DNA from: Polaromonas sp.
GTDB lineage: Bacteria; Pseudomonadota; Gammaproteobacteria; Burkholderiales; Burkholderiaceae_C
Assembly (NCBI GenBank): GCA_025363315.1
Contig: JANYED010000167.1
Span: forward strand, 8,348 to 72,347
Direction of reading: 5' to 3'
DNA: 64,000 nucleotides
Numbering within the stretch: the stretch's first letter is position 1; every line of letters starts with the position of its first letter. The notes under the pieces were generated by a model that saw only the letters and a list, made by a program, of their open reading frames with translations, searched no databases and was not told the DNA's origin. The translations under genes and the position numbers were made by a program. Below are positions 57,575 to 64,000 of this stretch, one piece after another.

Positions 57575-59104
57575 ATGTCTAGCATGTCCAGTATGTCATT
57601 ACCCCCGGTTTCTTCTGTCAGCGTGCACTCGGTTCGCTTTTTAAAAGCGGGGCACATGGTGTCTCTGCGCAATGTACCACCCAGCCGCACGCTGCTGGAG
57701 GTGCTGCGCGAAGAGCTGGGCAGTACCGCCACCAAAGAAGGCTGCGGTGAGGGCGACTGCGGTGCCTGTACGGTGGTGTTGGGTGAAAAGGTCGACGGTA
57801 AGCTGATCTTCAAGGCCGTGAACAGCTGCATCCGGCTGGCGCATTCGGTCGACGGCATGGCGGTCTGGACGGCTGAGGACATCGCCTCAGTCGATGGTCA
57901 GCTTCACCCGGCTCAAGAGGCGATGGTGCAGTGCCATGGTTCGCAATGTGGCTTTTGCACGCCCGGCTTTGTGATGAGCATGTTTGCGATGTACCAAAAC
58001 CACGTCTGCAAAGGCCAGACCATCACGCGTGAGCTGGCTCAAACCGAGCTGTCTGGCAACCTGTGCCGCTGCACCGGATACAGGCCGATTCTGGACGCTG
58101 CTCAGCAGATGGCAGCTCTTCCCAAAGCGCTTGTGGATGAGCGCAGCGTGCTACAAAAATTAGAGCTGCTCGCGCCCGAATCTATTGGGCTTGAGGCTGA
58201 TTTGGCAGGTAAAATCGGGTATCAGTCGCCGGTTTCACTGTCTGCGCTGCTGCAAATGCGCTCCCAAAACCCTGGCGCGCAAATTGTGGCGGGCACCACC
58301 GATGTGGGGCTGTGGGTGACCAAGCAGCACCTCCAGTTTGACCAGATCATTGACGTGACGCGGGCAGCCGAGTTGCGGCGGATTGAAGACTATCCGCACC
58401 ATATCGCCATAGGCGCGGCCGTCACGCTGAACGATGCCTATGTCGCGTTGGTAAAAGGCAGGCCGCAGCTGCAGGGCTTTGCAGCGAGGTTTGCGGGCCT
58501 GTCGGTGCGCAATTCGGGCACGCTGGGGGGCAATGTGGCTGGCGGCTCGCCGATTGGCGATTCCATGCCGCTGCTGATTGCGTTGGGCGCCAGCGTGGTG
58601 CTGATGAGCCAAAAGAACGGAAAAACAAGCAGCCGTGAGTTTGCACTGGAGGACTTTTACACCGGCTACAAGCAAAACCAACTGGCCGCCGATGAAGTGC
58701 TGGCCTGGATCAAAGTGCCCAAGCCCACGCCGCATGAGTTCTTGCGCATCTACAAAATCTCCAAACGCTTTGACGACGATATCTCGGCCGTTTGCCTGGG
58801 GCTGAATTTGCAGATCGACAACGGCCACGTGGTGAAAGCGTCCATTGGCATTGGCGGTGTTGCGGCCACGCCGGTACGCGCTATTAAAACAGAAGCTGCT
58901 TGCGCCCGTAAATCATGGTCTAAAGCCACTGTGAACTATGCGATGACTGTCCTCAGGGGTGAGTTTTCACCGATCTCTGACATGCGTGCGTCCAGCGCCT
59001 ACCGCACGCAAGTGTTGGGTAACCTGCTCGAGCGCTTCTGGCATGAAAGCCAGGGCTTGCAGCACATCAACCTGCAGTCCTTCACCCTTGAGGCGGCTGT
59101 ATGA
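57575..59104 (+). CDS. xdhA: Xanthine dehydrogenase small subunit (2Fe-2S/FAD)
   Basis: KEGCGEGDCGACTV, QCGFCTPG, GNLCRCTGY, AGTTDVG, ISKRFDDDIS, SDMRAS; start at 57575, 57584 or 57593. Confidence 0.95.
   Translation: MSSMSSMSLPPVSSVSVHSVRFLKAGHMVSLRNVPPSRTLLEVLREELGSTATKEGCGEGDCGACTVVLGEKVDGKLIFKAVNSCIRLAHSVDGMAVWTAEDIASVDGQLHPAQEAMVQCHGSQCGFCTPGFVMSMFAMYQNHVCKGQTITRELAQTELSGNLCRCTGYRPILDAAQQMAALPKALVDERSVLQKLELLAPESIGLEADLAGKIGYQSPVSLSALLQMRSQNPGAQIVAGTTDVGLWVTKQHLQFDQIIDVTRAAELRRIEDYPHHIAIGAAVTLNDAYVALVKGRPQLQGFAARFAGLSVRNSGTLGGNVAGGSPIGDSMPLLIALGASVVLMSQKNGKTSSREFALEDFYTGYKQNQLAADEVLAWIKVPKPTPHEFLRIYKISKRFDDDISAVCLGLNLQIDNGHVVKASIGIGGVAATPVRAIKTEAACARKSWSKATVNYAMTVLRGEFSPISDMRASSAYRTQVLGNLLERFWHESQGLQHINLQSFTLEAAV
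58150..58203 (+). repeat. 54-bp motif, copy 15 (inside the xdhA Fe-S/FAD linker, LQKLELLAPESIGLEADL)
   Basis: gctac aaaaatt agagc tgct cgcgc ccg aatctat tgggct tgaggctgattt. Confidence 0.92.
58880..58933 (+). repeat. 54-bp motif, copy 16 (inside the xdhA C-terminal domain, AIKTEAACARKSWSKATV)
   Basis: gctat taaaaca gaagc tgct tgcgc ccg taaatca tggtct aaagccactgtg. Confidence 0.9.
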
Positions 59105-61563
59105 GCGCAGCCAGATACAGCCCCATCAGCCCCATCAGCTCCATCAGCCCCATCAGCCCCGATGCAGTGGCGGACCCGGATGTGACGGCGCCAGACGCGC
59201 ATGCGGATGAGACGCCTGCCCACGACAGCACTGTGCGGCTGGCCGAGGCATCAGCTGAGCCTATCGTAAAGGCAGCTGTGACTGCTGCGGGCCAGTCCCG
59301 GTTTCATGAAAGCGCGCGCGCTCAGGTGGCCGGTGCCGCGAGCTACGTTGACGATATTCCTGAAATCAAAGGCACGCTGTATGCCGCGCCAATTCTTTCT
59401 ACCGTTGCCCACGGCAAGCTGCTGGGCGTGGACTGCACAGCGGCGCTGGCGATGCCGGGTGTCGTGGATGTGATCTTGCCTGCTGACATTCCTGGCGAGC
59501 AACTGCTGGCCACCTTTGCCCACGATGAACCGGTGTTTGCGCACCGGGTTGTCGAGCATGTTGGCCAGGTCATTGGCGCGGTGGTGGCTAACAGTGTGAT
59601 GCAAGCCCGACGTGCTGCGCGCGCCGTGGTGTGCCGCATTGAGGCCTTGCCCGCTTTGTTGAATGTGCACGACGCGCTGAAGGCCAAAAGCTTTGTGTTG
59701 CCGCCAGTCACCGTCAAGCGCGGCGATGCCAGCAAGGCTTTGAAGTCAGCGCAGTACACCCTGCACGGTCAGCTGGAAGTCGGCGGACAAGAGCACTTTT
59801 ACCTCGAAGGGCAGGTGGCCTATGCGGTGCCGCAAGAACAAAACCAATGGTTGATTTACGCCAGCACCCAGCACCCGGGCGAGGTGCAGCACTGGGTGGC
59901 GCATGCCCTGGGCATTGAGAACCACCGGGTGGTGGTGGAATGTCGGCGCATGGGTGGCGGCTTTGGCGGCAAAGAAACGCAGGCCGGGCATATGGCGGTG
60001 TGGGCGGCGATTGCGGCGCATAAATTAAAGCGGCCAGTCAAATTGCGGCTTGACAGGGACGACGACTTTTTAATCACCGGCAAGCGCCACCCGTTTGCCT
60101 ACGATTACAGCGTGGGGTTTGACGACACCGGCCGCATCACTGGCCTCCAAATGACAATGCTGGCCAACTGCGGCTTCAGCGCTGACCTGTCGGGCCCGGT
60201 AGCTGACCGCGCTATTTTTCACGTCGACAACGCCTACTTTTTGCAAGACGTGGACATCACCTCTTACCGCCTGAAAACCCATACCCAAAGCCATACCGCG
60301 TTTCGCGGCTTCGGCGGGCCACAGGGCATGATCGTGATTGAAAACATCATGGGTGACATTGCCCGCAAGCTGGGCTTGGACGCGCTGGATGTGCGCAAAC
60401 GCAACCTGTATGGCATCGGCGAGCGGGACGTGACGCATTACCAAATGAAAGTTGAAGACAATATCCTTGGGCCGCTGCTCTCAAAACTGGAGCGGACAGC
60501 GGACTACCGAAAACGCCAAACCACTATTGCCGCCTGGAACAAGCAAAGCCCCGTCATCAAACGCGGGCTGGCCATCACGCCCGTGAAGTTCGGCATCTCT
60601 TTCACGGCCACCTTGTTCAACCAGGCGGGCGCCCTGGTGCATGTGTATCTGGACGGCAGTGTGCAGGTCAACCACGGCGGCACTGAAATGGGGCAGGGCC
60701 TGAACACCAAAGTCTGCCAGATTGTGGCGGACGAGCTGGGCGTGGCGTTTGACTGCGTACTGGCCACGGCCAGCGACACCAGCAAAGTGCCCAACGCATC
60801 AGCCACTGCGGCATCTGCAGGCACCGACCTGAACGCGCGCGCCGCGCAATATGCGGCCAGGCACGTGCGTGACAACCTGGCGCAATTTGTGAGCGGCCTG
60901 GACAACTGCGGCGCGGGCGCAGTACGCTTTGCAGGCGGGCGCGTCAGCACGCCAAACAATGCACGATTGTTTGTTGATGTAGTCAAGCTGGCGTACGCTA
61001 ATCGGGTCCAGTTGTGGTCAGACGGCTTTTACCGAACACCCAAAATCCACTACGACAAAACCACGCTCACCGGCCGGCCGTTTTACTATTTTGCCTATGG
61101 CGCGGCGTGTACCGAGGTGGCCATCGACACGCTGACGGGTGAGTCGCGCGTACTCAAAGTTGATATCCTGCACGACGTGGGCACGTCCATTAACCCGGCC
61201 ATCGACATTGGGCAGATCGAAGGCGGCTTTGTGCAGGGCATGGGCTGGCTGACGACCGAGCAACTGGTGTGGAACGACAAAGGCCTGCTGACAACACACG
61301 CCCCGAGCACCTACAAAATCCCCGCAACGGGCGATATCCCTGCGCATCTCAAAGTTGACCTATGGCCAGAGCCAAACCGGGAAGACAACGTCTACGGCAG
61401 CAAGGCCGTGGGCGAGCCGCCTTTCATGCTGGCCATCAGTGTGTATGAGGCGATGAAAGCGGCGGTTGCGGCGGCGTCCGGTAACCAGGCGCGCATCGCG
61501 TTGAAGGCACCCGCCACGGCTGAAAATGTGCTGAGCAGTTTGTCAGCATCGCACAGCGCTTGA
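59101..61563 (+). CDS. xdhB: Xanthine dehydrogenase molybdopterin-binding subunit
   Basis: GGQEHFYLEG, RRMGGGFGGKE, AFRGFGGPQG, GGTEMGQG, IDIGQIEGG, SKAVGEPP; 4-bp overlap with xdhA. Confidence 0.95.
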   Translation: MSAARYSPISPISSISPISPDAVADPDVTAPDAHADETPAHDSTVRLAEASAEPIVKAAVTAAGQSRFHESARAQVAGAASYVDDIPEIKGTLYAAPILSTVAHGKLLGVDCTAALAMPGVVDVILPADIPGEQLLATFAHDEPVFAHRVVEHVGQVIGAVVANSVMQARRAARAVVCRIEALPALLNVHDALKAKSFVLPPVTVKRGDASKALKSAQYTLHGQLEVGGQEHFYLEGQVAYAVPQEQNQWLIYASTQHPGEVQHWVAHALGIENHRVVVECRRMGGGFGGKETQAGHMAVWAAIAAHKLKRPVKLRLDRDDDFLITGKRHPFAYDYSVGFDDTGRITGLQMTMLANCGFSADLSGPVADRAIFHVDNAYFLQDVDITSYRLKTHTQSHTAFRGFGGPQGMIVIENIMGDIARKLGLDALDVRKRNLYGIGERDVTHYQMKVEDNILGPLLSKLERTADYRKRQTTIAAWNKQSPVIKRGLAITPVKFGISFTATLFNQAGALVHVYLDGSVQVNHGGTEMGQGLNTKVCQIVADELGVAFDCVLATASDTSKVPNASATAASAGTDLNARAAQYAARHVRDNLAQFVSGLDNCGAGAVRFAGGRVSTPNNARLFVDVVKLAYANRVQLWSDGFYRTPKIHYDKTTLTGRPFYYFAYGAACTEVAIDTLTGESRVLKVDILHDVGTSINPAIDIGQIEGGFVQGMGWLTTEQLVWNDKGLLTTHAPSTYKIPATGDIPAHLKVDLWPEPNREDNVYGSKAVGEPPFMLAISVYEAMKAAVAAASGNQARIALKAPATAENVLSSLSASHSA
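59118..59162 (+). repeat. 9-bp tandem repeat (CAGCCCCAT) x5 in the xdhB 5' end
   Basis: cagccccat cagccccat cagctccat cagccccat cagccccga(t), encoding SPISPISSISPISP. Confidence 0.85.
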
Positions 61564-61719
61564 CGCCCTGCCTAACCCTTTCACTAAACCAGTGCATAGG
61601 CCGGTGTACAAGCTGGTGCACAACTCATGTCAGCTTTTAAACGCCCCGCGACGCGCTAACATAGGCCGTCAGCTTGGCGCTGTGATTAAAGCCTGCGGGA
61701 GGCCGAAAGTAGAAATAGT

Positions 61720-61735
61720 TGGCACGATCCATGCT
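61720..61735 (+). promoter_or_regulatory. Candidate sigma54 (-24/-12) promoter for the porin gene
   Basis: TGGCAC-GATCC-ATGCT with the canonical 10-nt GG/GC spacing, about 110 bp upstream of ATG 61845. Confidence 0.6.
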
Positions 61736-61844
61736 GGAATGGCTTCAGTGAGTTTTGTCTAAAAACGTCACGTTGACTTGTCGGGTTTCGTTTTGCTGTT
61801 TTACTTTTCAAACTTTAATCATCAACTTTTAAAGAAAGCCACCC

Positions 61845-62681
61845 ATGAAAAATATGCCAAAACTAGCAGCACTCCTCGCCGCGCTAATTGGTTCAACAGT
61901 CGCTTCTACTACTGCCCAAGCTGCAGATTTTGCGGTTAACTCCATTGGCTATCGTTATGCGCCCAGCCAGTCTGAGCCCGGCGTGACCGACAAGGTCTCC
62001 AAAAACATTTTTACCTTTACACACTTCAGCGTTGACTCTTTGGGTACCAACTTTTTTACCATTGACTTGCTGAAATCTTCGTCGAAAGACCCCGCCAACG
62101 GCGGCGCGCAGGGTGCGCAGGAATGGTACGGGTTTTACCAGCGTAACTTTTCATTGAGCTCCATGACGGGTAACAAGAACGGCTACGGTTTTGCCAAAGA
62201 CGTAAGCTTGACCGCGCGCTTTGATGCAGGCAGCAAAAACACAACCTTTGCACCATCACCGCTGAAATTGTGGCTGGGTGTAGAGGCTGCCTTGCCGGTC
62301 AGTGCAGGCTTCTGGAACGTGGGTGTTTCGGCTTATAAAGAAACCAACAACAACGGCATCGTTGGCAAGTCGGTGTCGTTCAAAGTGGCGCCGGCGCTGA
62401 CCAGTGCCTGGGCGATTCCCGTCGGCGGTATTGGCACCTTTGGCGGTTTCCTCGGCATCGTTGGCCCCAAAGGCAAGGACGGCTTTGGCGCCGAGACGAA
62501 AACTGAAACACTACTCCAGGCCAAATTCATGTTTGATGTGATGGGCCCCAAAAGTGGTTTGACTGCTGGTGTAGGCGTGGAGTACTGGAACAACAAGTTC
62601 GGCTGCGACAACAGCACCAACTTTGTGAAGAACTCCTGCCGGGCCACCACCCCCCTGTTGCTGGTTGAGTACAAGCTGTAA
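61845..62681 (+). CDS. Outer-membrane beta-barrel, Tsx-like nucleoside/nucleobase channel (putative)
   Basis: Signal peptide (AQA/ADF), alternating aromatic beta-strands, SEPG..DKVSK and EYWNNKFG, C-terminal EYKL; adjacent to purine-utilisation genes. Confidence 0.65.
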   Translation: MKNMPKLAALLAALIGSTVASTTAQAADFAVNSIGYRYAPSQSEPGVTDKVSKNIFTFTHFSVDSLGTNFFTIDLLKSSSKDPANGGAQGAQEWYGFYQRNFSLSSMTGNKNGYGFAKDVSLTARFDAGSKNTTFAPSPLKLWLGVEAALPVSAGFWNVGVSAYKETNNNGIVGKSVSFKVAPALTSAWAIPVGGIGTFGGFLGIVGPKGKDGFGAETKTETLLQAKFMFDVMGPKSGLTAGVGVEYWNNKFGCDNSTNFVKNSCRATTPLLLVEYKL

Positions 62682-62708
62682 TCAGCACGTTTGTGAGTCT
62701 CCTTTTCA

Positions 62709-62740
62709 GGCCAGTGATTTATTTCACTGGCCATTTTTTT
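62709..62740. terminator. Terminator between the convergent porin and NRAMP genes
   Basis: GGCCAGTGA-TTTATT-TCACTGGCC followed by ATTTTTTT. Confidence 0.75.
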
Positions 62741-62742
62741 GT

Positions 62743-64000
62743 CTACACCGGTCTGAACAGATCCCACATCATCATCACCACTGCAAAGCCCATAACGCCG
62801 ACGCCGCCCCAGCCAAACCAGCGGGTTTTAACGCCTGAGGTAAAGCTGCCCATGACCTCTGTTTTGCCTGCCAGCAGCATCATGCCGGCCATGATGGGTG
62901 CAGCCACCACGCCGTTGATCACAGCGCTCCAGTAAAGCGCTTTCATCGGGTCTATCGGCGTAAAGTCAAGCCCGGTGCCGACGATGGTGGCCACCGCGAT
63001 GATGGCGTAAAAGCGCTTGGCCTCAAACCATTGCCGTTCCAGACCGTCAGGCCAGTCAAAGGCCTCGGCCACTGCATAGGCAGCCGAAGATGCAAGCACT
63101 GGCACCGCCAGCATGCCGGTCGCAATGATGCCGCCAGCAAACAGCGCAAAGGCAAAGTCCCCAGCCAGCGGGCGCAGCGCTTGTGCGGCCTGTGCAGCGG
63201 TTGTTACATCGCGAATGCCCGCTCCGTACAGCACCACGCCACCCAGTACCATGATGAAAAACGCCACGGCGTTTGAAAAGATCATCCCGACGTAGGTGTC
63301 ACGCTTGACGCGCTTCAAGTCATGGCGAATTGCTCGGTCAGTACCACGTCCCTTGCCTTTTAACCGCAACTCTTCGACCTCTTGCGACGCTTGCCAGAAA
63401 AACAGGTACGGTGAAATCGTGGTGCCCAGCAGCGCCACAATCATCATCCAGTAACCCGACGTCCATTGCAGTTTGGGAATCACCAGGTCATGCAGCACGC
63501 GGCCCCAAGGCACATCGACCAGAAACACGGCGATGACGTAAGCAAACAAAAACAGCGTGAGCCATTTCAGAATGGGTGCCAGCTTGCGATACGGCACAAA
63601 CACCTGCAGTAGCACCGTCAACACGCCAAACACCACCGCGTGAAAGTGCGCGCCACCGCCCACCACCAATTGCAGGGCTTCGCCCATGGCGGCAATGTCG
63701 GCCGCAATGTTGATCGTGTTGGCCACCACCAGCAAAAAGACCATCGTCATTAAAAAAGAGCGCGGCGTGTGGTCGCGCAAGTTGGCGGCCACCCCTTTGC
63801 CGGTGACCCGGCCAATCCGCGCGCTGACCAGTTGAATCGCAATCATGAACGGCAGCGACAAAAATACTGTCCAGAGCAGCCCGGTGCCAAACTGCGCGCC
63901 GGCCTGGGTATAGGTGGTAATGCCTGATGGGTCGTCATCAGCCGCACCGGTAACGATGCCCGGGCCGACATGGCGTAAGAATGACGGAAGATATTGACGC
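62743..64000 (-). CDS. Second NRAMP-superfamily transporter, 5' end outside the window
   Basis: Frame is open to the window edge: ...FLRHVGPGIVTGAADDDPSGITTYTQAG... and LGTTISPYLFFWQASQEVEE; paralog of 205..1482. Confidence 0.88.
   Translation of the reverse strand, partial: RQYLPSFLRHVGPGIVTGAADDDPSGITTYTQAGAQFGTGLLWTVFLSLPFMIAIQLVSARIGRVTGKGVAANLRDHTPRSFLMTMVFLLVVANTINIAADIAAMGEALQLVVGGGAHFHAVVFGVLTVLLQVFVPYRKLAPILKWLTLFLFAYVIAVFLVDVPWGRVLHDLVIPKLQWTSGYWMMIVALLGTTISPYLFFWQASQEVEELRLKGKGRGTDRAIRHDLKRVKRDTYVGMIFSNAVAFFIMVLGGVVLYGAGIRDVTTAAQAAQALRPLAGDFAFALFAGGIIATGMLAVPVLASSAAYAVAEAFDWPDGLERQWFEAKRFYAIIAVATIVGTGLDFTPIDPMKALYWSAVINGVVAAPIMAGMMLLAGKTEVMGSFTSGVKTRWFGWGGVGVMGFAVVMMMWDLFRPV

Overview
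GC-rich betaproteobacterial chromosome segment; gene content and order suggest Comamonadaceae (Polaromonas/Rhodoferax-like), which is inference. Left to right: (i) 1-5363, the right end of a more AT-rich integrative island inserted in tRNA-Arg(ACG). It carries a P4-like tyrosine integrase and a metal-homeostasis module (RcnR / RcnA / yybP-ykoY Mn riboswitch / MneA-type exporter / NRAMP-family transporter). (ii) Core genes greB, spoT-rpoZ-gmk, yicC, a Ser/Thr kinase-PP2C pair, rph-rdgB-hemW and tRNA-Ser(TGA). (iii) A decaying patch: an HxlR pseudogene and a sensor-kinase/LuxR deletion-fusion pseudogene. (iv) infA, dctA, creA, an MdtABC/OpmB-type RND pump, lldD, alpha-2-macroglobulin-pbpC, argH and a FimS/AlgR-like two-component system. 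(v) A purine salvage/catabolism cluster (guaD, add, BMP-type ABC transporter, 8-oxoguanine deaminase-like amidohydrolase, LysR, xdhAB, sigma54-preceded nucleoside-type porin) with queE-queD embedded behind a candidate preQ1-I riboswitch. The most striking unexplained signal is a fixed-length 54-bp bipartite DNA motif, GCTAY-N7-RDAGC-TGCT-YGCGC-CCG-N7-TGGKCT-N12. I found 16 copies by eye: 7 inside coding sequences in four different reading frames, 3 supplying stop codons and 6 intergenic. In guaD and xdhA it appears to overwrite conserved codons without changing protein length. A second, GC-rich REP-doublet family is inserted in frame twice in pbpC, and an 11-bp-phased CAGYTN hexamer array follows infA. 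All calls were made by eye from sequence and the ORF track; no database searches were run.
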